Positions 50,961-61,410 of a DNA stretch of 64,000 bases are shown one piece after another. The notes under the pieces are model-generated. The model was not told the origin of the DNA. It saw nothing but the letters and a program-made list of their open reading frames with translations, and did not search any database. The DNA is from a virus. How positions within the stretch are numbered: position 1 is the stretch's first letter; the number at the start of each line of letters is the position of its first letter. Both the position numbers and the translations under genes were made by a program. Location: IMG/VR virus record IMGVR_UViG_3300028920_000039, positions 71,047 to 135,046 of that record; one strand, written 5' to 3'.

Positions 50961-52319
50961 ATGCCTAATCAGGAAGAAACTCAAGAAGCCTGCCAGAAGC
51001 TGAAGGCTGAGGCTATGAAGGACATTCAGCAGGAAGCAGTCAAGACCTATCAGCTGCCCGTTTGGGGCAAAACGCGTCTAGATCGCAAGGTTGAAAAGCT
51101 CAACCGACGCGCCAACAAGATCGGCTGTCCTCCCATGGAAGTCAAGGTGATCAGGGAGTGGCAGGAGAAGGAGATGGCTCCGGATTTTGATCAGACAATG
51201 GTCTGGACGGGGCGGTACATCCACATGTTCGAGCTGGAGCTTGTCGGTGAACCTCCGAAGATCAACGGATGGGAATTCATCGCAGCTCTTACTCATACGC
51301 CGGCCGGCAATATCATTCGCCGGACACCGCTGGCGGTTGAGCAGGAGCTGGCTCCAGCCGACAAGTACCGAAAGGCGCCTTCCGCTTGTGATCACTGCAA
51401 CACCAATCGCAAGCGCCACAACACATTTCTAGTACGTAGTGTTGAAACCGGTGAAGTCAAGCAGATCGGCTCAAGCTGCCTGGTTGATTTCCTGGGTCAC
51501 AGAAGTCCTGATGTTTATCTTTGCCACGACAAGATGCTCGCCGACATTGATGATCTGATGGATGGCGACTGGAAAACAGTTCCAGGAGATTTCAAGGAAT
51601 TCAACATCGATGTTAAGTCTTATCTCTGGCATGTCTGTCAGTTCGTCCTGGACGAGGGCTTCATCAGCCGGACGAAAGCTTACAACGAGGGGCTTCCATG
51701 GTGCACATCCTCGCTGGCGATCAACAACATGTTCCCGCCGACGAACACGCCGAAGGAAGAGATTAAGGCCATTACAGAAGAGGCCAAAGAGCTGACGGAG
51801 AAGGTGCTTGCCTGGGGTGAGACGCTTGAAGAGCGCGCGAATGGTCCGGAAGGGTCCGAGTATCACAACAATCTGGCAGTTTGCTTCGTCAATGGATATA
51901 TCTCCCACAAGGAGATGGGTCTGCTCGCTTCAGCACCTTCTGCTTATCAGCGTGAAGTTGAAGCTGAAGTGAAGCGCAAATCCCGTCCGGATGTCAACAG
52001 TCAACACTTCGGTGAGATCAAGAAGCGCGAAGTTTTCACACTGAAGTTGATGTCTGTCCGCACCTGGGAGAATGACTACGGAACCACTTGGTTTCATCGT
52101 TTTCTGGACGAGAATGGTAATGTCGCCGTCTGGTATGGTAGTCTGCCGCTTGAGTATAAGGTTGGCGTCGGAATGAAGGATGTTCAGATCGGCGACGTCG
52201 TCAAGGTGAAGGCGACTGTCAAGAAGCATGACGAATACAAAGGCATCAAGCAGACGGTCGTCAACCGCTGCAAGGTTGAGGAATGGCTTCGCAATGAACA
52301 GACCGAAGATAACAGCTGA
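50961..52319 (+). CDS. conserved-type phage protein with Zn ribbon and C-terminal OB fold
   Basis: 'CDHC..NRKR', '[10 protein letters not shown]', C-terminal '[24 protein letters not shown]'. Confidence 0.65.
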   Translation: MPNQEETQEACQKLKAEAMKDIQQEAVKTYQLPVWGKTRLDRKVEKLNRRANKIGCPPMEVKVIREWQEKEMAPDFDQTMVWTGRYIHMFELELVGEPPKINGWEFIAALTHTPAGNIIRRTPLAVEQELAPADKYRKAPSACDHCNTNRKRHNTFLVRSVETGEVKQIGSSCLVDFLGHRSPDVYLCHDKMLADIDDLMDGDWKTVPGDFKEFNIDVKSYLWHVCQFVLDEGFISRTKAYNEGLPWCTSSLAINNMFPPTNTPKEEIKAITEEAKELTEKVLAWGETLEERANGPEGSEYHNNLAVCFVNGYISHKEMGLLASAPSAYQREVEAEVKRKSRPDVNSQHFGEIKKREVFTLKLMSVRTWENDYGTTWFHRFLDENGNVAVWYGSLPLEYKVGVGMKDVQIGDVVKVKATVKKHDEYKGIKQTVVNRCKVEEWLRNEQTEDNS

Positions 52320-52530
52320 GCAATGGTTGGCGAAACAGGCTGAGGACATGAAGAAGATGGGTCCCCACCTGCGGAAGATTGTTGAGAAGCTGTCTGATGT
52401 CCGTTTGAAATGGGCTTACAACATGGGTATCATCAAGATGATGCCTGTCAGGACTGGCCCTAAGATCGGCCGAAATGACCCCTGCCCCTGCGGCAGTGGC
52501 AAGAAATACAAGAAGTGTTGCGGTAGGTAA
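52294..52530 (+). CDS. SEC-C motif protein
   Basis: '[21 protein letters not shown]'. Confidence 0.85.
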   Translation: MNRPKITAEQWLAKQAEDMKKMGPHLRKIVEKLSDVRLKWAYNMGIIKMMPVRTGPKIGRNDPCPCGSGKKYKKCCGR

Positions 52531-52536
52531 CAGCTT

Positions 52537-52836
52537 ATGAAGTGGGCACACCCTTTGAAAGGCCGAACTATCAAGCAAGCGATGGCTGATGCTTTGGACG
52601 AGAAACTCCCCGAAAAAAGTTTCTGTGATGACGGTTTTTCCAGAAATTCTCCTATGGAGATTCTTTTTGAAGGGGTGTGTTCGTGGACGCATAGTGCATA
52701 TCACACTTGGCAATGGAATATTCATTCGTGGGACACAATGCAGGATTGTTTGAAGTATGGTTTTGATGTTTGTGATGATGGATGTGTTGTAGCTCGTGAT
52801 AACGATTGGAACCATAAGAAAGGCGATACATCATGA
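52537..52836 (+). CDS. hypothetical protein
   Basis: ORF, ATGA coupling downstream. Confidence 0.55.
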   Translation: MKWAHPLKGRTIKQAMADALDEKLPEKSFCDDGFSRNSPMEILFEGVCSWTHSAYHTWQWNIHSWDTMQDCLKYGFDVCDDGCVVARDNDWNHKKGDTS

Positions 52837-53102
52837 TGACGAAGGAAGCGCTTGCAAAGGCGAATCACATCTGGAAGGAGCTGGACGAGCACATGGACTA
52901 CCTATACGCTCGCTGGCTTGAAGAATCAGCATTCGAAGACTTCGCCGAGTACGAAGCAGTCGTTAAGACCGAAGTGGAGAAGCTGGGCGGAAAGTTCGTC
53001 AAGATGACGAAGCGTCCTTTCGCAGTCACTGTCGAAATCGACGAGCACACCATTCAGATCAAGCTGACCCAGACAGAATACGTCTGGAAGCGTGTGGCGT
53101 AA
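52833..53102 (+). CDS. hypothetical protein
   Basis: ORF with phage-like codon use. Confidence 0.65.
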   Translation: MMTKEALAKANHIWKELDEHMDYLYARWLEESAFEDFAEYEAVVKTEVEKLGGKFVKMTKRPFAVTVEIDEHTIQIKLTQTEYVWKRVA

Positions 53103-53169
53103 ATCAACATAGAAAATCTCTCGAGAATCCACATACGATCTGTAATACAAAACAAGGAGGTATAGAGAT

Positions 53170-54057
53170 ATGGCAAACGTTCGAGTGATAACAGATGAGG
53201 GCAAAAGGGGATGCGGTTACCGCAAGAAAGGCGGGCTGTATCTGATGTGTGATGGGGTTGGCACGCCTTGCGGCAAGCTCCCCATCCCGCTGACGGTCTG
53301 TCCCTGCTGCGGCCATGGCATCAAGCCCTCGCTTGGCTGGACCTGGGTTAACGCCCGTCAGCTGGCAGAAGGTGTGAAATGCTCCCACAAAGACTGCTCA
53401 GCTGCTTGTCCGCTCCACACACCGCCTGAGAAGGCTGGACTGCTGTGGATTGGTGAGTCTTTCTACAAGACTCCCAGTGAGTGGATGGCAGAAGCTGATG
53501 GCATGGGCGTTAGCCGCAAGGTCAGCTCAGTCCCCAGAGGCTTCGAAGTCGGCAAGGACTGGGTGATGGTTGCGCACCGCAAGGCAATCAGCAAGAAGTG
53601 CGAGACCTGCGACGGGTCTGGCAACATCGCCGATGAAGTTGATGGTGAGCAGCTCCTGAAGAAGTGCGACGACTGCGAAGGTGGCTACAAGTACACCGCC
53701 GCAATCTTTCACGCCTTCAAGCCCGACCGGGTTGAATACGTCATCAAAGGCACCGAGACGGAAGACGAGCTGGCTGAGCTCGAGCGTCGCGGACTGTCGC
53801 TGGTGAAGCTCGTTCGTACAGACGGGGAGGACAAGGAGACGATGGTGTGGCATCGCCGCCGACACATCGGTATCGGTGAGTCGGAAGAGGACCAGACCTA
53901 CTACCAGACGGACGAAGGTTATGTCATCTGGTCCCACAACAGCGAGAAGTTCACTGTTCACTTCGGTGATGATATTCTCGCCACTGATGACAGGCTGAGC
54001 AAGGCGAAAGCTGTTGCTGAAGAGCACAAGGAGAAACATTCGACAGCTTCCGAGTAG
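53170..54057 (+). CDS. Cys-rich hypothetical protein
   Basis: SD AAGGAGG; multiple CxxC; 'RGCGYRKKGGLY'. Confidence 0.7.
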   Translation: MANVRVITDEGKRGCGYRKKGGLYLMCDGVGTPCGKLPIPLTVCPCCGHGIKPSLGWTWVNARQLAEGVKCSHKDCSAACPLHTPPEKAGLLWIGESFYKTPSEWMAEADGMGVSRKVSSVPRGFEVGKDWVMVAHRKAISKKCETCDGSGNIADEVDGEQLLKKCDDCEGGYKYTAAIFHAFKPDRVEYVIKGTETEDELAELERRGLSLVKLVRTDGEDKETMVWHRRRHIGIGESEEDQTYYQTDEGYVIWSHNSEKFTVHFGDDILATDDRLSKAKAVAEEHKEKHSTASE

Positions 54058-54134
54058 GGGCTGTATATACTTACACGACGCAGGGCCGGTGGGCGGCCCA
54101 ACTTAAGTATGCTTAGAGGTTGCTAGAAACCTCC

Positions 54135-54160
54135 TGGAGGGCTGAAAGGCCCTCCACATT
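54135..54160 (+). terminator. hairpin, possible terminator or part of a structured RNA
   Basis: TGGAGGGC-TGAAAG-GCCCTCCA followed by CATTTT. Confidence 0.5.
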
Positions 54161-54318
54161 TTAAGATGGCCGCAAAGAAAGCTAAGGTGCCAAATCAAGT
54201 TCGTTACTTGTGAGATGGGTCACTCCCAGATACGGAGGCTAATTGGTGAATAGATCGGATGTGCACAACTTCCGGCGCGGCCGCCAATTACAAGAGACAA
54301 AAGAAACCACTGCTTGAG

Positions 54319-54768
54319 ATGAAAATTGGATTCACCGGAACGCGACAGGGGTTGACGGTTCAGCAGGAAATGAATCTAGATGACCTGCTGTCTGATATCG
54401 CCATCGATACCGCTGCGGATGATTCGCCTATCGAGTTTCACCATGGTGATTGCATCGGCGCTGATGCTCAGGCCCATGACATAGTCGATGCCCTTCCTGA
54501 CAGACGTATCATTATCCATCCTCCTTCCGACCCTAAGTATCGTGCTTTCAAGGAAGGTGATGAGGTTCGCGATGAGGCATCCTACTTGGAGCGAAACACC
54601 GACATCGTTGATGAAGGCGAAGATCTTCTGATTGCTTGCCCGAAAGAAGGGCAAGAGGTTCTGCGTAGTGGCACCTGGTCTACCATCCGTCGAGGACGGA
54701 AAGCAGGCAGGCCTGTTGTCATCATTTATCCTGACGGAAATATGTATAAATCATGGGAGGGAACATGA
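54319..54768 (+). CDS. SLOG-superfamily (DprA/YspA-like Rossmann) protein
   Basis: 'IGFTGTR', 'FHHGDCIGADA', 'RNTDIV', 'SGTWSTIR'. Confidence 0.75.
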   Translation: MKIGFTGTRQGLTVQQEMNLDDLLSDIAIDTAADDSPIEFHHGDCIGADAQAHDIVDALPDRRIIIHPPSDPKYRAFKEGDEVRDEASYLERNTDIVDEGEDLLIACPKEGQEVLRSGTWSTIRRGRKAGRPVVIIYPDGNMYKSWEGT

Positions 54769-55517
54769 GAAACTGGGCGATGACACCTACAAATGATGGG
54801 ACGATAGTAGATGAGTCTGAAGGCGCCAAGCGGCGTTTGGTGTGCCAAGTCATCGGGCATGGCACATCTTTCGGCAAGCAAGTTGAAACAGCTCTGACAA
54901 CACTACCGAAGTTTGTGAAGGCTGTGATAGTGCTGCTGGATCAGTTCGAGACTGTCTGTCGTTGGAATGGCGTCACCGCTTCTCAGAAAGATGCGCTGTT
55001 AGCAGTGACTGACATGCTCCCCATCTTCGGAGTGACTCAGGAGAAGCAGATGGAAGTATCGCCTACCATGCGAGATCTTCTTAAATTCGTCGCCCGAAGC
55101 GGTAGTGTGCCACCGACATTGACAGCAGTCAATGCTCAATGGGAAAGCATCTTGCCGAATGCTCTCAACAGCGAATGGCTGCAGATCAAGAAGGAGCCGA
55201 AAAACATTGAAGGGATGAAGTGTATCGTCGACTACGTGGTCCTTACCGAAGCCGGTAACAGAGTCCTGAAAGCGCCGAAGACCCATCAGAATGCGGGAGA
55301 ACGGGCGCCGTCGCTTCTTTACCATGTCAATGTGCTCATGTCGATATCACTTCAGATACAAGAAGCTCACTTGCGCAAAGACGAGTTTCGCCTAAAGGAG
55401 CTGCTTAAGGCGCGGTCAGAGTATTTCGATGCGTGTCCTGAAACGTTGCGTGACAAGCTTGACGACATGATGGGTGAAATCAGCAACGCCTTGGCGGGTC
55501 TGGAGGATGAGGAGTAG
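54765..55517 (+). CDS. hypothetical protein
   Basis: SD GGGAGG, ATGA overlap. Confidence 0.6.
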   Translation: MRNWAMTPTNDGTIVDESEGAKRRLVCQVIGHGTSFGKQVETALTTLPKFVKAVIVLLDQFETVCRWNGVTASQKDALLAVTDMLPIFGVTQEKQMEVSPTMRDLLKFVARSGSVPPTLTAVNAQWESILPNALNSEWLQIKKEPKNIEGMKCIVDYVVLTEAGNRVLKAPKTHQNAGERAPSLLYHVNVLMSISLQIQEAHLRKDEFRLKELLKARSEYFDACPETLRDKLDDMMGEISNALAGLEDEE

Positions 55518-55522
55518 GAGGA

Positions 55523-55720
55523 GTGAAAGTTGCTTTCTGCAAAGGTTCGTGGTTGACGTCGAAGGAACTTAGCAGTATGAACTTTACACAGCTTGGCCAG
55601 GCTATTCAATACAACATGTCTCTTCTTGACAAGAAGGCTGTGGCTGCTTGTATTGATGAGCTTCGGCGACGTGATGCTTTGATCTTACAACTGGCAAACC
55701 AGATCAGAAATTTCAGATAG
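55523..55720 (+). CDS. hypothetical protein
   Basis: SD GGAGG then GTG. Confidence 0.55.
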   Translation: MKVAFCKGSWLTSKELSSMNFTQLGQAIQYNMSLLDKKAVAACIDELRRRDALILQLANQIRNFR

Positions 55721-55747
55721 AAACAATTGTCGTCTTGTAAGTATATT

Positions 55748-55783
55748 CAGAAGGAGATACAGAAGGAGATACAGAAGGAGATA
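55748..55783 (+). repeat. 3x 12-bp tandem repeat CAGAAGGAGATA in front of a start codon
   Basis: Exact units at 55748, 55760 and 55772; ATG at 55789. Confidence 0.95.
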
Positions 55784-55788
55784 CAGAG

Positions 55789-56133
55789 ATGAAGATACTG
55801 GATAAGTTCAAGCGGCCCAAGAAAGATTCCACACCTGACAGTAGCAAGGTGAAGTCTGAACAGAAGGAGAAAGCCAAGGTTCTCTCCAACAAGGAGAAGC
55901 GCCGGCAGCGCTGGGAGAAGCAGCGCAAAGAGCGCGAAGACCTCGGCTTGCGTCTTTGCAAGGTCAAGAGCACCAAGAAGGGTGGACAGAAAGGCGCTTT
56001 CGGAAAGTGCCGTGGACCCTTCTCCGGCGAGGCAGAAAGGCCCAAGAAGGCAACAGGTGAGGCTGCTGAGAAGATTCGCAAGGAGCGCAACCAGCGCCGC
56101 AACGCTCGCCAGAAGATGAGGAAGACTGCGTAA
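55789..56133 (+). CDS. very basic Lys/Arg-rich protein
   Basis: 114-aa ORF, TAATG coupling to the next gene. Confidence 0.65.
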   Translation: MKILDKFKRPKKDSTPDSSKVKSEQKEKAKVLSNKEKRRQRWEKQRKEREDLGLRLCKVKSTKKGGQKGAFGKCRGPFSGEAERPKKATGEAAEKIRKERNQRRNARQKMRKTA

Positions 56134-56573
56134 TGCGTAAAGGCAGATGTAAGCACTATCGAGGCCTGCATGGCTGTGACTTCATGAAGTGCGCCAGGGG
56201 CATTGATCTTCACAAGTTTGAAGGTCCTCAAGGCTATGCTGGTTTAGTGTTACGCCTGCCTTGCCTGAATGATGACGATCTGGTTGAGCGTCGGAAGGAA
56301 ACAGGCAACGAGCAAGCTGAATGCGTCTTGTATAGGGAGCCTACTCAGGAAGAGATCGATGCTTATGAGGCAATGATCGAAGCACATTGCAACCGAATGA
56401 TGAAGTGCACCCCATTGATCAACAAGATCAAAACAGAGCATGCTGGTGAAACAACTTCCGGCAAGGATGAGTGTCCGGTATGCGGCAAGACGATCTATTT
56501 CTCTCATGCAGGTAGTAACGGGCATGTTTGGTTGAAATGCGAGACGAAAGGTTGTGTTCGGATAGCAGAATAG
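56133..56573 (+). CDS. Cys/His-rich putative Zn-binding protein
   Basis: 'CKHYRG', 'CPVCG...H...C....C'. Confidence 0.65.
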   Translation: MRKGRCKHYRGLHGCDFMKCARGIDLHKFEGPQGYAGLVLRLPCLNDDDLVERRKETGNEQAECVLYREPTQEEIDAYEAMIEAHCNRMMKCTPLINKIKTEHAGETTSGKDECPVCGKTIYFSHAGSNGHVWLKCETKGCVRIAE

Positions 56574-56676
56574 GGGTGGGTGATGGATATGCAACTGAGT
56601 GAATTCCTCGTTTGTTGCCAGCAACTGAGCGAGGAAGAGTTGTTTATCATCGTAGCAGAAAGTATAAGTGTACTGA

Positions 56677-57141
56677 ATGACAAGACGTGAGCAGGAGTCG
56701 ACATTGAATCTTGAAGCATACAACCTCCGTCGCCTCGAGATGATTACCATCAAGTTTCTCTTCGAAAAGCATCCGGAGAAGCGGATGGTTGAGAAAGCTC
56801 GTATGCTAGGCATCTCCGCACGATCACTTCGCACAAAGCTGAACACTTACAGACGCAACGGAGAGAAATGGCCGCCCAAACCGAACCAAGGCAAGGGTCG
56901 ACCTGTCAGTACACGAGAAACCCAACCTATCAAGCCGAAAGAAGGCCAAGGTGACACATTCTGTCCATGGTGTGGTGGCATAACACGTACACCAAAGCAT
57001 GGCGGCTACTGCTGCGAACACCATGAAGTTCTCGGCAAACGTTTCAAGGCCTATGAAGCCAACAGCGAATTCTGGAACCCGGGAGGGTGGCAGGACTTTC
57101 GCTACGAACACAAACCTTCTGCTACAAGAGACGCGATATGA
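56677..57141 (+). CDS. Fis-like HTH + zinc-ribbon protein
   Basis: 'VEKARMLGISARSLRTKLNTY'; 'CPWCG...CC..H'. Confidence 0.7.
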   Translation: MTRREQESTLNLEAYNLRRLEMITIKFLFEKHPEKRMVEKARMLGISARSLRTKLNTYRRNGEKWPPKPNQGKGRPVSTRETQPIKPKEGQGDTFCPWCGGITRTPKHGGYCCEHHEVLGKRFKAYEANSEFWNPGGWQDFRYEHKPSATRDAI

Positions 57142-57329
57142 ACGTCTATGTGTTAACAGCAAGTGTGTCATACGACTTGAAACGTCACATTCAGAAGCTG
57201 GCGAAGGAACAAGGCTTGAGTGTGTCTGCTTACATCCGAACAGTTTTGGCACAACACGTTGCAAAGATGGAGACTGGAACTGAACAAGAGTTTGCCGATA
57301 CACTACTGATGCTGATGAATATGTGGTGA
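57138..57329 (+). CDS. ribbon-helix-helix (CopG-like) regulator
   Basis: 'LKRHIQKLAKEQGLSVSAYIRTVL'. Confidence 0.7.
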   Translation: MNVYVLTASVSYDLKRHIQKLAKEQGLSVSAYIRTVLAQHVAKMETGTEQEFADTLLMLMNMW

Positions 57330-57345
57330 GGGAGAAAGGAAAGAC

Positions 57346-57621
57346 ATGAGAGAGCTCGTGATTACAGTTAGCGGAAGTCCGAAGACAGGCAAGACAACAA
57401 TTGCTGCTGAAATCATGCGCACCTTTGCCATTGCTGGCTTTGATGTGAAAGTAGAAGATTCTCCTGACAGTTATTCGCCAGAAACACGCAAGGAGGCGCT
57501 GATAAAAGATCTGGCTATGGCTGCGGCAACAATGCCTTCAAGATTGCAATATCTGAAGAGTGAGGTGTCAATACGGGTTCGAACCCAACAAGAGTATACC
57601 GATGGCCACACTACTGATTGA
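57346..57621 (+). CDS. small P-loop protein
   Basis: 'ITVSGSPKTGKTT'. Confidence 0.6.
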   Translation: MRELVITVSGSPKTGKTTIAAEIMRTFAIAGFDVKVEDSPDSYSPETRKEALIKDLAMAAATMPSRLQYLKSEVSIRVRTQQEYTDGHTTD

Positions 57622-58419
57622 TCCTAATAGAGAACGACTGCGCTTCAGCTGCGGCCAGTGTGGTGAAACAATGGACTTCCTGTTTGAATACGATATGGCA
57701 GACGGATTGCTTAAGATCAAAATCTTCCCGTCAGTAGAGCTGCCTGATGGAAAACATTCGCCAGAAGTATACGTTGAACCTGTTCATGTTATCGGAGGGG
57801 TATGATGCTTAAGAACTTCCCTGTCAAAGACCATCCGGATGACGGATTGATAGTTGATCCAGCTGATGGGAATCAGCTCGTATTCACAGTGCATGACAAG
57901 CATGGTAACTTCGTCTGCAATCTCGGCGTAGGTGTTGCAGAGAAACGAGCAGTAGCAAGGGACATTGAACACGCATTGATTGCGGCACGAGACATAGGCT
58001 TCGAACAAGGAAGACAGCACATCAGAAAGGCGTTAGGGATAGCTGAGTGAAGCTCTCAAAGAAGAAGAGATACCCAAACAAGTATGAGAACCCGACAGGC
58101 TGTATTCGCTGCGGCCATGATGAATTCGACCCTTTAACAGAGAAAATCGTTAGATGTACTGAATGCGGTAAGCAACAGTTGGATCCTAAAGAGTGCGTAG
58201 TAAAGGAAAACAATGAAAGACTGCCCTAAGTGTAAGAAATACAGACAGCTGACCGAGGTCCTCCGAGAACTCATCGAACGTTACAGAGACGCATTGTATC
58301 ATACTGTCGAAAAAGCAGTTGAGCTTCCCTCCGACGAAGAGGACAAGATCGGCAAATGGATCGACCGCTCGAAACGAAGGATTGAGATACTTGGTTGGGA
58401 CCCAGACGATGAAGAATGA
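57602..58419 (+). other. run of four small coupled hypothetical ORFs (57602-57805, 57802-58050, 58047-58229, 58213-58419)
   Basis: Stop/start overlaps; three carry CxxC motifs. Confidence 0.6.
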
Positions 58420-58465
58420 TGTGGCTGTCACTTCATATCATGATGTCATGATGTAGAAAGACGAG

Positions 58466-60049
58466 GTGGAGTTTATGATCAGAGAGAAGACAGTTGAATG
58501 CATCAAGGACATCGTGGTAGATGCCATACGTGCTAAGAGACACGAAGTGGAATGCTCGCGCTGCAAACGTATTTGCAAGCTGGAGCGTGACTCAGACATC
58601 GATATCGTTTCATATAGAAGCACATTGACGATTCTATGCCCTTCCTGCGCTCACGCCCTTATGAATCTCATGACGAGTTGGTTTTGTGAGAAGGCAGTAG
58701 AGATGGCAGAACTAAACAAGAGTAAAATAGATCATGAAGTGGACGAAGTGAGTGATGGGGTGAAGTGTGGTGAAGTTGGCGGGAGTGGATCAGCTCAAAA
58801 TATATCCCCTTCTGAGAACAATTCCACCCCACCGACGAACCATCATCAACGGCCCGTCAAATCTAAAGCCACAACACCACCACAGCCGGCGACACAGCAT
58901 CATGACCCATCGGAGCCACATCAGAATCGCATCAAAGTTGAAGGGGTAGTTCATGCTTCCTACAAGCCGCAGTTCTCCACAGAGGTACATCGAAACGAAC
59001 ACAGCGACATAGTAGAGCCTTGCGACCATATCGATCTCAAGGTTGCAGTCGATCCATCCAATCCTGGTGCTGAAAGAAGCACTGTGGTTGAGATTGACGA
59101 TGGCAAGATGGAGAAGGTTGAAGAGCATATAGCTGTGTGGAAGGACGGTAAGGAAAAGGATTCGATCAACCTGAACAGAGAACCTCTTCCCGGCACCCGA
59201 CCTTTCGAATGCCAACACTGCCAAGCAACATGGGAAGAAGGCCGATGGACAATGAGAGATCCGCTTTGTAATGTATGTGGTGTTAGGGTAGCCCATCCTC
59301 CTTTCAAGAAAGGCGACCTGATAGAACGTGAGCATCCTGTACCCAATCGTGACCCAGACTGCGGCATACTGACAGTGGAGGATTGCCGCTGGTTCGACTC
59401 AGAGCTTGCTTGGAGAGTTTGTGTGAAGGAGGTTGAGAATCGAAATCTACCAGCAGTGCTGTATGTCTTGGTTCCACCCATACAGAATCGTTCTGTACGT
59501 AGTACAGAACGAGGAAACACAGGTCCCAACGACTGCCACACAGGAGAAGGTGTGACAGGTATTACACCTGTCTGTACTCTCCGTTGTCCGAAGTGCAAGA
59601 ATGAGAATGCGGATCTATTCGCCACTGTCATCAATCCAACGACTACCGAAGAGGAGATTCGATGTCGAAATTGCCGGTACCAGAATGGTGAGTGTTATTT
59701 TCTAAAGAAGGCTGAGGAGGAACTAGCCTTTTCTTGGCAGCTGATGATACAAACTCGGGGCATTGGCACGATGGCTTCTCATCGATTCTGTACATCCTGC
59801 GGTAGGCTAATTGAAAAGGAGGGGCACGCCATCTGGTGTAACATATTTCTAATACCACATATCTCCGACTACATGCCGCCTTCTGACATTCTAAAAGTGG
59901 TGCTTGTTATTCCTCCGAACACTTGTCCAGACGCCATGACATTCGAGCAGATGATGAATACGCCTGCAGACGTTGTTTCGTATGGTAGAGTTGTAATACA
60001 TGAACAAGGAGTGGAGCATTCTATGTCGGCGATTAAGAAGTGGAGATGA
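58466..60049 (+). CDS. 527-aa hypothetical with several zinc-ribbon motifs and a low-complexity linker
   Basis: CSRC/CPSC, CQHC/CNVC, CPKC/CRNC, CTSC pairs. Confidence 0.6.
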   Translation: MEFMIREKTVECIKDIVVDAIRAKRHEVECSRCKRICKLERDSDIDIVSYRSTLTILCPSCAHALMNLMTSWFCEKAVEMAELNKSKIDHEVDEVSDGVKCGEVGGSGSAQNISPSENNSTPPTNHHQRPVKSKATTPPQPATQHHDPSEPHQNRIKVEGVVHASYKPQFSTEVHRNEHSDIVEPCDHIDLKVAVDPSNPGAERSTVVEIDDGKMEKVEEHIAVWKDGKEKDSINLNREPLPGTRPFECQHCQATWEEGRWTMRDPLCNVCGVRVAHPPFKKGDLIEREHPVPNRDPDCGILTVEDCRWFDSELAWRVCVKEVENRNLPAVLYVLVPPIQNRSVRSTERGNTGPNDCHTGEGVTGITPVCTLRCPKCKNENADLFATVINPTTTEEEIRCRNCRYQNGECYFLKKAEEELAFSWQLMIQTRGIGTMASHRFCTSCGRLIEKEGHAIWCNIFLIPHISDYMPPSDILKVVLVIPPNTCPDAMTFEQMMNTPADVVSYGRVVIHEQGVEHSMSAIKKWR

Positions 60050-60327
60050 AATTGCTATCGATATATAGGATGGGATGGAAGGAAGCGCTCGAGATCATGC
60101 AGAACGGAGGGCGAATCGCCAAATTTTCCGACGGACACGCCGAGGTGATTACGGCACAGAAGAAGGTGAAGCGGTGGATGGGCATATACGGCGTAATTGA
60201 GGATTCGGAGGGCGGCGAGTGTGTCGGCTACCTCACGGGGCGAAGTGTCGAGTTGTTGGAGGAAGCACTTGCGGCTAACGATGAAAGTGAGGCTCCGAGT
60301 GGAGGTGACGTGCATGGAAACCGCTGA
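60040..60327 (+). CDS. hypothetical protein
   Basis: ORF. Confidence 0.55.
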   Translation: MEMKLLSIYRMGWKEALEIMQNGGRIAKFSDGHAEVITAQKKVKRWMGIYGVIEDSEGGECVGYLTGRSVELLEEALAANDESEAPSGGDVHGNR

Positions 60328-61018
60328 TACACGAAACGAATCAACCGAGAAGGTTGAAATGAGAAAGTGTCTTGATTGCGGCACAGTAGTCAACAACGAC
60401 AAAGATACTTGTACTCATTGCGGTAGTGAGGTGTTGGCAGTGCTTCACTACTTGCATTGCCCGCTCGACGGAACAAAGTTGCACGAGATCGCTCTCGGGC
60501 TTGTAGCGTGCAGCAAATGTGATACACAGTTTATTCCGACAACAGATCTTGAATGGGAGAAGGATCATCCTACATCTGTGATGCACAACTTGTGTTGGGT
60601 TGAGGACAAAAAAATGAGCGCGAGAGAGATGCAGACGCGGAAGGGTTTCTTGTTTGATAGGTGTGTGCGGCGAGAACGAGTGGGGTCTGGGAAGATACGT
60701 TATGCTTGTCGGCTTGGCTTGTGGTCTGTTGAGGGCTATGACGAAAACTGCGTCGATAAAGAGGCACGCCGATACTGGTATCAATACTATAGTGATGGTG
60801 AGTATGAATCTCTGTTGTCGAGCGCTAGAAGTGAGCGGTCAGTAGAAGATATCGAGAAAGCAATGAGCAGCCGTGAACGCGAAAGGCTGGTTGAGGCGGT
60901 TAAAGAGGCATATTGTAAGCGGGGCGATGCATTTCCTGACCTGACCGAGGCAAACCGCAAGTGGAAAGAGGCAGTGCGCAAGCTGCGGGAATACGACGAG
61001 AAAGGCAGTGAGCAATGA
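60314..61018 (+). CDS. zinc-ribbon protein with C-terminal heptad module
   Basis: SD GGAGGTG then ATG 60314; CLDC/CTHC, CPLD/CSKC; ends 'RKWKEAVRKLREYDEKG'. Confidence 0.6.
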   Translation: METADTRNESTEKVEMRKCLDCGTVVNNDKDTCTHCGSEVLAVLHYLHCPLDGTKLHEIALGLVACSKCDTQFIPTTDLEWEKDHPTSVMHNLCWVEDKKMSAREMQTRKGFLFDRCVRRERVGSGKIRYACRLGLWSVEGYDENCVDKEARRYWYQYYSDGEYESLLSSARSERSVEDIEKAMSSRERERLVEAVKEAYCKRGDAFPDLTEANRKWKEAVRKLREYDEKGSEQ

Positions 61019-61203
61019 GCGAGGAACTCGAGAAGCTGGTGAAGGCGGTCGACGGGGCATGGCGCAAGTGGGAAGAGGCAAACCGCAAGCGGAACGAGGC
61101 ATACCGCAAGTGGGAAGAGGCAGGCCGCAAGCGGAACGAGGCCTGCTGCAAGTGGAAAGAGGCAGTGCGCAATCTGCGGGAATACGACGAGAAAGGCGAG
61201 TAG
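61015..61203 (+). CDS. 62-aa 7-residue-repeat protein
   Basis: 21-nt repeats (RKWEEAN/RKRNEAY); C-terminus nearly identical to that of the previous gene. Confidence 0.7.
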   Translation: MSEELEKLVKAVDGAWRKWEEANRKRNEAYRKWEEAGRKRNEACCKWKEAVRNLREYDEKGE

Positions 61204-61410
61204 GCATGACCGATGAACGCATACCCGGCTGGGACGCGCCCGACTACTGCAGCCTCGCCGACTGCGTCGAGAAGGACCGTGAGATACAGACACTTGGCGA
61301 CCGATCAAGCTCAAGCGAGCCTTTAGGCGTCGCTTGAAGCGCCTGTTGGGGCGGTGCCCCGACCAACAGGCGCAGCAACAATACGGGGCAGTAATGGGAG
61401 GTAGAACCCC

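Noticed and set aside
54057-54300. tmRNA, suggested by the 5' GGGGCTGTA...CGAC and an internal mini-ORF
   Set aside because: No complementary 3' acceptor strand, T-arm or CCA found downstream, and the mini-ORF is not tag-like.
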